Source: Marsupella aquatica
Lineage: Eukaryota; Plantae; Marchantiophyta
Direction: 5' to 3'
NCBI GenBank assembly: GCA_973895155.1
Contig: OZ316893.1
Location: 13,718,359-13,782,358, forward strand
DNA length: 64,000 bases
The position numbers were made by a program, and so were the translations under genes. Every line of letters begins with the position of its first letter. Within the stretch, counting starts at the first letter, position 1. Below, piece after piece: positions 1 to 12,071 of this stretch. The notes under the pieces are model-generated. The model had not been told where the DNA came from. It saw only the letters and a program-made list of their open reading frames with translations, and searched no databases.

Positions 1-1231
1 ATTGGAAGGATGGGAAGCAATTCTTCCATGCTTCCACGGAGAGCTTACGATGTTTGCTACAAAACAGGCTGCCAATGGTCGGTGGGGGGATCTCAAAATG
101 GAGAATGGAAGTTTGGGCGGTTCCTTTGGAGAAGGAAATCTGGAAGAATATCTGGAAACCATTTAGGGAAGAAAAAGTTAATCATTTTCTTTGGCAAACT
201 GCTCACAAGTTGGTTGCGACCGAGGTTGCGACTAAACACTATATTGGTTGGCATTCTAAGAGGCTGGACGAACATGGTCACATCATTCCTTTTTCCAGAT
301 CAGATGAGCTTTGGTGGTGCAAAAGATGTGAGATGGGTGCACATGAAGATTTGTTCCATTGTCTTTGGTCATGTCCTGTTTCCCGTTCTATCTGGACTTG
401 GATTGAAACTCTCTTGCATATTGCAGGAGTGGCTTCGGTGAATACGCATTTCGAGGCTGTCCATGCTTTATTGGGAGCTCCTTTCGATGATAAGCATAAT
501 TTCCTCTCAAATTGTGGCAGATCCTTAGAGGGATTGCCATATGGCAAATTTGGAAATCTCGCTGTGCCTTGGAGAAAGAGAATTTGGTCACTTCACTGCT
601 GGGACTAAAGATCAAGATTTGGCTGGAACTCCATTCTTATCTCAAGATAGCTTGGCTTCAGGGTATCTCTCTGCTTTCTACGGGTGGAGACGACAATCAT
701 GTTGTGTCTGGTCGTTTGCGTAGGGACTTTGGCTGTAATGGTGGATTATATAGGATTAGTGATGGTCTTTTTATTGTTGACTACCGTCCTCTATGGACTT
801 TTGATCCACCTTGAAGGATTAGGTTTGTTACCTTTTGGTCTCACTTTCATTTTCTTTGACTCCATTTGGTGTTAGCTTAGTTGTTGGTTCCTTTCGTGCA
901 GATGAATTTATCCTCATGGATTTTTTTGCCCTGGTGACAGCTGTTCAGGCCTTTGCTCTTGCTGGTCCTCACACTCCTATTCTGGTTCTGAGTTAGCCCT
1001 CATATTTGCTTTCTCTGTTTGTTAGTTGTTCTAGAGTGAGTGGCAAATTTGTCCACTTTGCGCTCTTGTTAATCACTTTTGCCCTTGTCCCCGTGCTTGG
1101 ATGTGCCTGAGCTCTTGGTGACTTTTGGTCCTTGACAGCATTTGGTCTGGCCGTTTTATTTCCATGATTTACTGGGTTTTATTTGTCTTATGAGTAAAGT
1201 ATTCCTTTCAAGAAAGGAAAAAAAAAAAAAA
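1..1231 (+). mobile_element. 3' end of a degenerate L1-type LINE (zf-RVT region, frameshifted), with T-rich 3' UTR and poly(A) tail
   Basis: ORF 54-608 contains WKNIWK...FLWQ...WCKRC...EDLFHCLWSCPVSRSIW (zinc-binding domain of plant LINE RT). It continues after a frameshift in ORF 512-814 (IAIWQIWKSRC...DPP*). A-run at ~1209-1231. Confidence 0.85.
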
Positions 1232-2118
1232 GAGCAAATAACCAGCCTTCGATAATTTCCTGACAATTCTGACCGGGCACACTTTTCTGTCTCGGGGTGG
1301 GGCAGGAGGCTCTCTCCGAAAAACACGGGTTCGGGCAGGTTTTTGTGTCCACGGGCAGGTTTTGTTTGCCCACGGGCAGGAGGTGGCTCTCTCCGAAAAA
1401 AACGGGTTCGGGCAGGTTTGTTTTGTCCACGGGCAGTAGTTGGATCGCTCCCTTCCGCCCTTCGTGCCGGGACTCAAAACAAAACATTCACTCTGCTCCG
1501 CGGGGGCGATTACTCGTTTTTCATCGTGCTTCTTGGCGACCCCAAAAATATGCCGAAAGACTCTCCCAAATCTTCCTTCTTCACCAAATTGGGATTCGGG
1601 GTGAACGATCGCAGAAAGGGAACGAAGGAAGGAAGGAAGGAGGAGGCAGGAGAGCGCAATTGACGAGACCATTTTCGGCGGAGCAGAGCGAAATCGATTG
1701 ATTGTTTATTGACTCGCAGACGGGACGGGCTTCTTGAGATCGTGCTCGACAATTTGATCGGGCCCAGCTTCTAATTTCCCCGCAGATTGACGTTAGAGTG
1801 ATGTTCTTCTTCGGCCGGATGATGCGTTTGTTGCGGAAGAATCGATGAACAGGTTGAGCGGCGGGCGGATTTGCGGTGACGGATTTTATTTCTAGCTGCA
1901 AGAGTCGTGCACAGAGTGGATGTGGAACTCGTCCGGCTACTGGTACTCAGCTGCAAAGATCGCCGCGTGTTTGTCCGACATATTTGGCTATAGATTGGTC
2001 TGTGTTGATCCGGCCAGGAGGATCTCGTGTTGATTGCTGTGGAAGCCAAGCGCAGACTCTGGTGCGAAGTATGGTGTCTGGTCCTCGCTTTGACATTCCT
2101 AGACCATCTCCTGGGCAT

Positions 2119-2452
2119 TGTTCTTCTCCGCTGCGCTCTCTCGAGGTTTATCTCTGCGGTTGTTCATCCTATCCGCTCGAGAATTTTTGGGTTATTTTGG
2201 CACCGGTTTGTAATGTCTGTTGTCTGCAGTTGACATTTGCGTTATGCCGCTCCTGTGTGTTGAGTTTTCTTCTGCCGTTTGCTCATGTTCTTCTCCTCTG
2301 CGTTCTCTCGAGGTTTACCTCTACCGGTTGTTCATGCGATCCGCTCGAGAATTTTTGGGTTATTGTGGCACCAGTTTGTAATGTCTGTTGTCTGCAGTTG
2401 AACATTTGCGTTATGCTGCTCCTGTGTGTTGAGTTTTCTTCTGCCGTTTGCT
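2119..2452. repeat. ~167-bp tandem duplication in the 5' leader/intron region of the 2880 gene
   Basis: ctctcgaggtttatctct...gttgagttttcttctgccgtttgct occurs at ~2119-2283 and again at ~2286-2452 with few differences. Confidence 0.85.
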
Positions 2453-2879
2453 AATGGGTTGTGAGCGTGGATTCGGTTATTTTGTCACGGCTGTTTGGGT
2501 TTTGCTGGGATGAGGTTGAGGGGTTTTGAGAAGCGGAACTCCATCTATTCCTTGTTTGTTCTAATTGATTGATGACGAGAGCCTTGCCTCACCATGCCTT
2601 GCATTCCATTTCAGGCACAGCACATTACGGGTTTGGCGATGCGGCCGGCCTTTTATGAACAAACGCAGGACCAGTTGTCTGCAGTATATTGATTGATTTG
2701 AATGCTTTGGCAAGCCAGCCGATGATGATGAGAATAGAGCGATTTGAAGGATAGTGGACGATGATGACGAAGTAGGAAATGCGAAGGAATCGATCAGTCT
2801 ACAGTGAACTCGCTGTTCTACAGTCGATGTAGGTTGACAAGGTGGAAGTGGGAGCAGTGGCATCCGCCGGACGTGACAG

Positions 2880-4253
2880 ATGATGATGTATCAGTCTGCC
2901 CAGTCCCAGCGTTACGGGAGGGTGAAGGGGTTAAAAGTGAAACACTTGGTGCAGCTGATGGTGCTCTCCGTGCTCTTCACCTGGTTTCTTTATCAGCTGA
3001 ACAGTTCACACAAGGCTAAAGTCCTCTCCCTACATGCTAAGAAGGAAAATGATATTAATGACGAGCTTCTGATCTCTGACGACAGCAGAGGAGTCGATCG
3101 AACCAGTGTCCATCATGACGAGATTACGGCCGGCGAAGTAGCTCAGGAGGAGTTCATCGATCAAAATTCATTGCCGAAGTCACGAAAGATGTTGCCGGAT
3201 CTTTCGGACACTTCGGAATTAGAACAAAGCATCGCCGCAGCAGACCGAATGGAGACCGTGACTGAGGATGTACTTGATGATTCCGGTGAGGGTGATAGAG
3301 ATGAGCAAGGCGCCAAGTCCGACGATCATGTCAAGCGGACTGACGAGACGGATTTGGAAGCCAATGGAGGAGAGAAAGGAAGTGTTTTGGGGGAGGGGTA
3401 CCAGTCCCTCCCATCTACACGAGCTACCGAAGCAGCGGAGGATCGAGGTGATGGAGAGGATGAATTTCAGGCGGAGACAAGCACAGGGGAAGAGTTCGAT
3501 AGCGGGGAAGGATGGGCAGCACCTAGGAACTTTACCGAAACAGAAGAAGACGACACCTTAATATATATCAGTAGCACCGATAGCAAAGTGAAAGGAATAG
3601 ATGTTTCTGAGATAAAGACGTCGACAAGTCCTATCGCAACGAATACAGATCACAAAGCGATTCCAGACAAAGAGGCAGAGCGAGCCGAATCCAAGTCGTC
3701 TGAGAGTATGGCGCTAGTGTTAGGGACTCCTGAAGAGTCGAAGCCGAGCCGTACCGAACCGGACGAGGGTGCAATACACGATCTAGACGTCGGAGTCACT
3801 CCTAAGTCGGGGAGCGTAGCGACTCCAAACTATTCAGAGGAAACTGAAGCGAATAAGCATCTCCAAAATGAAAATGGTGAGATGGCCACTGATTCCTCTG
3901 TTGAAAAATCTGATAAGGTCGCACTTGTTGGGAAAGGCCACAGCAAGGAGCCCGTCGTTACTGGTAAGATAAATCCCCCCAATGAATTCAATGAACGGAC
4001 GGGAGATAGCCCCGTCCCATTGGAAAGTGGGGCAGATGCCAAAGCTGAGCAGGGACCTGCAACTGGTAACACGGAAGCTCTGCTTGGGGATGGACAAGAG
4101 GGGGCTGCCTCTGCATTCAAGCAAGATGAACTTGTCCAGCAGGAGGCCATTGTTGAGGTTGTCTCTGTAGGCAAGCAACAGCAACCAGTTCAGCAAGAGG
4201 CCGGTGCTGAGATTGTCTCTGCAACCAAGCAAGATAAAGCCGAAGGAGCGTGA
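2880..4253 (+). CDS. Acidic low-complexity protein with an N-terminal membrane anchor (plant 'dentin sialophosphoprotein-like/MYB-like protein X' type family)
   Basis: 457-aa uninterrupted ATG ORF. N-terminal motif GLKVKHLVQLMVLSVLFTWFLYQLNSSH resembles the family motif GxKVKHxLQ..LL..C.WL.YQ...SH, followed by a D/E/S-rich disordered region. Confidence 0.8.
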   Translation: MMMYQSAQSQRYGRVKGLKVKHLVQLMVLSVLFTWFLYQLNSSHKAKVLSLHAKKENDINDELLISDDSRGVDRTSVHHDEITAGEVAQEEFIDQNSLPKSRKMLPDLSDTSELEQSIAAADRMETVTEDVLDDSGEGDRDEQGAKSDDHVKRTDETDLEANGGEKGSVLGEGYQSLPSTRATEAAEDRGDGEDEFQAETSTGEEFDSGEGWAAPRNFTETEEDDTLIYISSTDSKVKGIDVSEIKTSTSPIATNTDHKAIPDKEAERAESKSSESMALVLGTPEESKPSRTEPDEGAIHDLDVGVTPKSGSVATPNYSEETEANKHLQNENGEMATDSSVEKSDKVALVGKGHSKEPVVTGKINPPNEFNERTGDSPVPLESGADAKAEQGPATGNTEALLGDGQEGAASAFKQDELVQQEAIVEVVSVGKQQQPVQQEAGAEIVSATKQDKAEGA

Positions 4254-6441
4254 GTGGGCCTCGTCGAAAAATTCTGGACGCCACATCAAAATTTTGATGC
4301 CCAGAAACTATGGCCATCTCATTTTCCACACTGTATGGCCAAATAGCTTGGGTCTCCCGTGAGAATGCAGCTGTCAGTGCAGACCCTTCTGCAGGCAGCA
4401 CAACCAGAGGATCTTACAATGTTGGGTGGTGGAAAGGAAACGGTATCGGCTGGAGAACTTCCCTAAAAGCGGAGATGGATGGAGGAGAAGCTCTCTATAA
4501 TTTTTAGTGGCCATCGAAGATCTCCCTTGTGCCTTTCATTGCAGTCTCCTTTAGGACAACGAATGAAAGTTTCCTGGTCAGATTGAGATGTCTCAGGACA
4601 AGCAAGAGAGGAGAGCATGAACTCATTGGTGCATCTTTGTTTCGGAAACAGTTGTTGACTAAACACCCAACGAGAAGTTTCCTTGGCACAGCAAGGAATT
4701 TGTTCTTGACCTAGCGGGAAGGCTCTCCAGTTCAAAGCCATAATGCCTACGGTCTAATTATGATGCAACAGCTTATAGAATTAGTATAATTTTGTCAGTT
4801 AAGCCACTCTTTTCATAGGTAGAGAATTATTAAACCTCTCACCACCCTGGGCGGTGAAAGGTTAATCAACGAAATTCACTTACAACCCAATTGATATGTC
4901 TCCATGGTTCCAAAAGTATCTTGAACGACATCTTTCATATTTGACAAGAAAATTCCAGGAGTTTTCACCTAGAAGGTAATACAGCATCAAAAAGCACGTA
5001 CACTACAATTGACACATGTCCATTTCTCTGCTCATCAATAAGGACAATTAATAACAAGAATGCGATGTCCTTCGGCCAATTAATAAAAAAAGATAATCAA
5101 TCTCCTGTGGGTTGATCTCTCCGTCCTGCAGTTTCCATGGCGAACAGGAATGCATCATGTCAAGTCTACAAATTTCCGGTGTGGAAAGGCTTTTTTAATT
5201 TTCCATTTGCCGTCTTCGTGTCTTTTCATTCTCTGTGGGTTAGGCGTAGATCGTCGTCCAAAGTGAATCCGTGGCTAGGTCACAATGTAGAGATGACCTT
5301 TGGACCGTTTGCTTGTGTACCATACAAATACCTCTGGGCCGTATTTGCCATCTCCAATTTGTTGGATCCATTGTTGGTCCCCTCAAATGCATGCCACGGC
5401 CTGCCCTACTTATTCCCCCCACGAGGATGAAACTTGATGTCCACACAGGTGAAACTTAATGTTCTCCCCTAAGGCCAAAAAAATACTATAGTGAGCTTCC
5501 TGCATCTCTCACATCTACCTATACAATTTCCCCATGGACCCAACCGGACGAGCCTTCCGGTCCAATTCCACATAGGCTGCAACCTCACGTTCACCGTGGA
5601 CAACATGGAAACAGAGACGCTCCTGGGAGCTTTACAGCAGGTGCCTGTTTCAGCGGGGACATCGAACAGGGGCTCGAAAATTCTATACAAGGGGCCGGGT
5701 CCACCAACATGGACAATGGAAGCCCAGACTATCTTCGAGCCCGGTGCAGAGGGTGCCTTTTGAGAGCGAGACATTGAAGAGATGCCTCTTCAGAAGTACG
5801 GGGACTCAGAAGGAGCTGGTGCCAAAATGATGAACAGTACTCCACAACTTCATTGATGCCCGTGTCTAGTGCAATCAACAAATTCAAGAGAAGACGCATC
5901 TTAATATCATGGCGATAGACCGAACATGCCCCAGAAATTGAATCAGGAACAAAGACTACAAATCCAAAATCTTTGTGTTCTCAAATCTGAATTTAAAATT
6001 ACATGATTACCGCTGGAACAAAACTGGCCATGACAAATTGAGTCTCATCATTTTCACGAAGGGGAGATTTTCCCCGTGCACATTAGGGGAGGTCGTCTGT
6101 CTTGACAGCACTACATACCACCTACGAAGTGCACCAGTAAACAGGTTGACGATATCAAACTCAATACACTTAGCTCGACACATGCCCCTTCACAGGCACA
6201 TTCAAATTTCCTAAAATGCTTATGCGGGCATCGAATGGTGGGCTTTTGGAAGGTGATTACAAGATACTACACTACAGGATGGCGTGTCGTGAAACGGATT
6301 GGAGAGCTACTCATCCTCATGACAGCTATAGAAACCCATGTTCTACTAGAGGTAAACTACAGAGGGTCCCTGATGTGAAGGGTTTTGGTTCGATGGATTC
6401 CCGACAACTCTGAAGAATCTCATTGCGGAAGATAGCCGTAC

Positions 6442-9400
6442 TCACTGCGATTTCCAGTTGAACGGAAGACTCCCAAATCCTCCACCAGCGCCGAGGTTAC
6501 CCAACATACTGTTCCCACCAAGATCATGCTGAAGCACGTCTCCTGAATCGTGCATCTGCAAGTTGTGCTGCTGGGCCCCGCCGACTAGATTTAACCTTCC
6601 ATTGAGTGCATTCATTGAACTCAAGTTACTCAAACTCCCCCCAACATTTCTAAGGGAACCAAGGCCCGAGATAACGTTCCCTCCACTCCCAATGGTGGAG
6701 CTCAAGGATCCTCCTAAAGCAGCACCTAAACTATTATTGTTACCCCCTAAATGGTTGCTTAGAACTCCATTGCTAGAGCCTCCAATCACAGAGGCGACAT
6801 GACCTAACCCGCCCGTCCCACCTAAGGTATTAAGGCCACCCACACTGCTCCCTCCATGGGCAGAATTCACACCACTGCCCCCAACACTGCTTCCACCCAT
6901 CCCTTGCTGATAATTTCCACCATTCATCTGCTGATTCATCATCATTTCTTGCAGCAAGTGATGAACAGCATTTTGAGAATCGTGCTGACCAGACTGTGCG
7001 GACTGCATATTTGACTGTTGTAGCAAATTTGCACCTGAGCTTAGAGAGTTCTGCTGCTGAATAGAATTTGACAGGGTATGGGTATTGAGGTTAGATTGTT
7101 GAAGGCTGCCTGGAAGGGAAGTAAGAGGCGTCTGAAAGGATGAGATAGAATTAGTCGGCGAAGCCTGCATAGAATTGGGTGATTGCAGTGCACTACCCAG
7201 AGAATTCGAGCTGTTCTGCAGTGAGCCTTGCAAGGAGGCCAAAGAATTCTGATGAAGGTGATTAGAAAAGGATGCAAGTGGGTTTGTAGAATGTCCCCCC
7301 AATGATCCATTCATAGATGCAGTTAAACTGTTGTTCGCATGATTAGTGGTTACTCCCAGCTGTTGCTGCAGTGCTGTCAAAGTGTTCGTGCTTTGCAAAG
7401 TGGCTAATGTAGAGCCAGCCGGCTGACCTGTTATCATACCCTCAACTGACATCTGTTCTTGCTGCTGCTGTTGTTGTTGTTGTTGCTGCTGATTAGCCAG
7501 CCCACCAGTGCTCGCATTCCGCCTTGGAAAGTTCATCAAACTTACTGCTCCGCCACATGGAAAAATATCAGAACAAAGTTCAACTTCACTACGTTTAACA
7601 ATGTGCATTGAACACCGAAACACGTTGCAAGCAGCAATCTCATCGTCCACACGGTAGTTCTTGTCTGACATTGCAAACAACCTGGTTGTCATGACACCAG
7701 TATCAACCATCGAGCAGGTTCATAATAAAGTTTCAGGTGGAAGGATTCTTACATATAGGACCCATGCTATTCTCCCGACTAAAGTCAATCAAGTCCTTCA
7801 TGCTGTTGACTACCTCAGATATCTGATACATGGCAACGATTTTAGTAAAGTGTGCCTGACAGACATAGCAAGGGTAGCATACTAAATAAACAACCTATTA
7901 CTCATACATACTATATAAACAGCCTATTACTCATACTCCACCATAAGATACATTCTGATTGTTCGACAGACTTTTAGCCACTGCAAACCTTGTAAACCTC
8001 CAGATAAAAGTCCATGATACCTGGAGGCAGCGAACATATCTCTTCGTATAACCCAAATCGTTTACTGTTGGGATTTCGAGATTTCTTGCAAGTTGGCGAG
8101 CACTTGTTACAAATCTGCATACCAGTTGTATCAAGAATATTAGTCCATATGATCCAATGCAGAGTCAAGTAGGTCCTCCATCTAACTAAATCAAGCAATC
8201 CGATTCAATCCAAGAGCATAGGACTTAAATCAGTCTCAGCTACAAGGAACGTAAAAGACAGCAGCTCTTTTCACGAATGGAGGGGAGGCTTACAGATGAC
8301 AGTTGGTTTGCATTTCCTGCACAGATAAATTTGCGCCTCCACTTTGAGTTGTAGAGTTTTGATACTTTTGAGCAATGGTGGCCAGCTGAGAAACCTGCAG
8401 TAGAACATACATTTAAGTCCCACTATGATTTTCAGGTTCACCCTCCACACTACACGTGGGACATTCAACTCTGGCCTGAGAATTGTAGACCTTTCTTGGA
8501 CTGAAATCCGACAAAATGTCCCAGTCTTCACATGACTACCTTGAATGAATTTCAAGTTCAAACCAGAATTTAGTGAGTTATAATTAGGTCCAATAAAGTC
8601 ACGATGAAAGTGTGCTGCAAGTGTAGACGACACAAACGACAATAGCTAAATAGCAGATAGTCATTAGAAAGGACGACTCAAGAGTAGTCTGTATTCTAAT
8701 GGTTATGATCTTACAGGTGGGACAATTAGCCGCCTTGGAATGAGTTCCTCGTGAGCACGCGCACAAAATTCCCATGAGACGATCTGACATTAACCCGACG
8801 AAGACATCACATGGATCAGACGACCTCATTTGTAAATTGATCAACGACAGCATGATCGAAAATCACGAATTATTCGCAAGCATGTAGCAGTGCACATCTT
8901 AAAATGTACAATTCAGTAAACATGAGGTCGAAAGAAATGGTCGACAAATTACACCTTGAGAAAATTATCGAACGAAAAAACAAGAACGTTATAAACAAAA
9001 ATCTTCAAGACGCTACGTGTCACGGGGATGAGCAATATATCGATCCAAAGTGCAAGTTCTCGTGACTTGCTCCAAACCCAGTTGAAAGTCCAACCGTACA
9101 CATGGTCAGAGTCTCCTCCCGCTACAAATTTGATCCAAACTGAACAAAAACGCTTCAGAGGAACTTTCGCAAGGGAGACTGAGATTAGCACAATTACCTT
9201 CAAGTCCGGGGAGAAAATAATTCGAAGTCTTCCAACACGAACAACTCGAAGGGCCTCGAAAACACTTTCTTGAACTGCTTTCCCATATTCTAAAACCAAG
9301 AGACCTGAGCTTAATTTGTACTCATGGGCAAGGTCGACAAACAACAACTCCTCCACAATACCACTATCGTATTTTATTTTGCAGAGTCGAGGTAAAACTT

Positions 9401-12071
9401 CTACAGTTGTCTCTGCACGAAATGAAAGGCCAACCGTCAGTTCGACAGATTAGAAACTTAAGCATTTGTCCCCATGTCACACACATCCCTCCAGAGCAGC
9501 TACAAGTCTTCAAGAGATCCAAGAGGAGTTGGAATTCTGAACTGAGTCCCAAAACATCGTCCAAACACGTGCTATTGCCGAACCACACTGCATCATGGTC
9601 GCGATACATATTGTGGACAAACTACAAAGCATTTGGCAGGCAGAATTCACTTGATAAGGATCGTACCAAAACCCCTGCCGGGCGTTGTGCCGCAGATCTC
9701 ACAATGCCAAACATCCTGGTCATAAAAACAATCCTTTCCCGTAAGCCTCGAAAGAAATTAAACAACGAACTGGCCGACATACTTGCTATTGTTATTAGGG
9801 TGGATATGTGGCTGCCTTGCTCCACCAATCTGGAGGATATTTAAATGTATATCCACTCCACACTATACGTGTCTTGCCCACTACACAGCTACCAACAGGG
9901 ATATTACGGCCTCAAAACCAAACCCTCGCAACTCAATGAAGAGACAAGCAATATGAGTAGGTCCAATGAAGTCACCCGCAATAACAGATTCGCATTCTAG
10001 AAATGGGAAGGACGATCTACAGATGGACGGACGAATGCGTTGTTCCAACCTTTGAAAGCATATTTTAACTAGTGTACAGACTCCACAATGTACATGGCGT
10101 TCCCCCTACGAATTCGAACTACCAACAACGATGTCAAGGACTCGGAACCAAATATGGAGCAACGGGTAGCCATCGACGAAGTGTGTACTATATTCTAGGA
10201 ACTAAGGACATCTCATGTAGAAGATGAGTGAATAACTCAGCATGTTACGAGTCCAGTACTAAAATTTCATTAGAAATTGCAAGCTCTGCGGCATTTGAGA
10301 TGTGATTCTCTTCTAATCAAACCAGAGCACAGCGGACCTGAGGAAAAACGCCAGTTGGTTGACGACCATTATCACCATAACGGGAAACACACCAACGTTT
10401 CTTCGCCCGTGGTGCGAAGTATTCGGCAATAAACTTGCGCCAAAAAGTGATATTGTTATCCTGCGAAGAAAGAGTTCATAAGATCCCAACTTTGGGTCAA
10501 TACATACACATTGTCATACTCGGAACCCTTATAGCACCATCTCCTTGTCATGGGGTCTGTATCTACTGTTTATGAAGGCAGTGTCACCGAACATTCCACC
10601 GAAGTAAGTACATGTCACCAGAGCAAACACTCACCTGGGGCCTGTGACGCTGGTGGTAAAGGTAATGCATAAGTCGTCGTGCACACATGCCTTGCTCGGT
10701 AGCAGGTTGCTTTGAGGGAAGTGCATTTTGCATAGCATGTTGTTGCTGCTGCAACTGCAATTGCTGCTGATGTTGTTGCTGATGTTGCTGCTGCTGCTGC
10801 TGCTGCTGTTGTTGTTGTTGCTGTTGTTGCTGCTGCTGCTGCTGTTGTTGTTGTTGTTGTTGCTGCTGCTGCTGCTGCTGCTGTTGTTGTTGTTGCTGCT
10901 GTTGTCTTTGAAGATGCTGTGGCAGAGATTGCAACAAGTGATGCTGTTGTTGTTGTTGTAGTTGTTGTTGTTGCTGCTGCTGCTGCTGCATCAATCGCTG
11001 ATGCTGCAAAATGCTGAGCATTTGCTGAGAATGCTGCTGCTGCTGTCTGTGCTGCTGCTGTTGCTGAAGATGATAAACATCCTGTCTTTGCAACTGCGGG
11101 GAAAGTAACGAATCTGACCTCTGCTGGAGCACATGCTGACCCATCTGATGTAAATCATCGTGCGACTCCTGCTTCATTTCCGTCTTGGGAACAAGAATCT
11201 GCTGCTGCAATGGCTGCTGCTCGGGTTGTCCTTCAAGGGCCACCGATCCCAGATTCTGAGGGGATTGCATCTGCTGCTGCTGGCCAGATGCGTGTCCTAG
11301 AGCTTGCAAGTTCTGTGCACTCCCAAGCCCAGTTCCTCCTAGACCTTGATGCGAGGCCAATTGCTGCCCTCCATTCCCCAACGCGTGCCCCTGCTGGGAA
11401 CTCTGCTGCCCCTGGGAGGACTCCTGTTGTGATGAAGCCGACTGTGGGGGAGTGGATGCCGCCTGCTGCTGCTGTTGCTGCTGCTGCAAATGCTGCAATT
11501 GCTGCTCCTGCTGTTCGAGCCTAGTGAGCGAGCTACCAACCTGCCGGGCAAGAGACGATCCGCCGAGACCAGAAGAACCGGGAAGCCCACTCAAATTGCT
11601 CGAGGAGAATGATCTGGGCGATGCTGGCACTCCTCCGATGGAGTTCACACCACCGGGTGAGCCGAGCGGATCAGAGTTGGACAACCCCACACTGCGTTGC
11701 AAGTTGGACGTCGCCGAAAGCGGACTGCCTCCTCCTAATCCACTGAGCCCCCCCGTGTTTACTACTCCTCCTACACCCCCCACATTCATCCCCCCAACAG
11801 AGTTAGGCATCCCTCCAACACCAACCCCTCCGCCACTGATACTCGAACGACTGGTGTAGCTCGCAAGCATGTTGTTCAAGGTCCCGCTGAAATGAGAACG
11901 CTGCGAGAGCGAGGAGAGGCCACTCCCGGCTTGTCCTCCCAATCCGCCCAATGGATTCCCCGATCGGAGAAGGGACGAGGTCTGCGATGGACCGCCTGCC
12001 ACTGCAGGCGGTGGCGCCGGAGCTGGCGCCACCGCCCTGTGGCTCGACTCCAAGTACTGCTCCAGCGCCAG
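6442..12071 (-). CDS. SEU: SEUSS/SEUSS-LIKE transcriptional corepressor adaptor (LIM-domain-binding/LDB domain), 9 coding exons, ~1080 aa; start codon uncertain
   Basis: Phase-consistent GT-AG exons: ~12071/12053-10635, 10460-10338 (DNNITFWRKFIAEYFAPRAKKRWC), 9715-9667 (DVWHCEICG), 9412-9198 (ETTVEVLPRLCKIKYDSG..EELLFVD), 8783-8715 (SWEFCARAHEELIPRR), 8394-8294, 8114-8021 (VNDLGYTKRYVRCLQ), 7822-7753 (ISEVVNSMKDLIDFS), 7544-6442. Q-rich and G/S/N-rich flanks. Confidence 0.95.
10740..11070 (-). repeat. CAG/CAA microsatellite encoding polyglutamine (longest run about 40 Q) in SEUSS exon 1
   Basis: Long (ctg/ttg)n run on the + strand; polyQ in ORF 10584-12053. Confidence 0.95.

Noticed and set aside
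5469-5774. Overlapping ~100-aa ORFs downstream of SEUSS
   Set aside because: No recognisable motif; consistent with chance ORFs in a 3' UTR.
10728-11859. Poly-Leu, poly-Cys and poly-Ala ORFs on the + strand
   Set aside because: Antisense shadows of the SEUSS polyQ exon.
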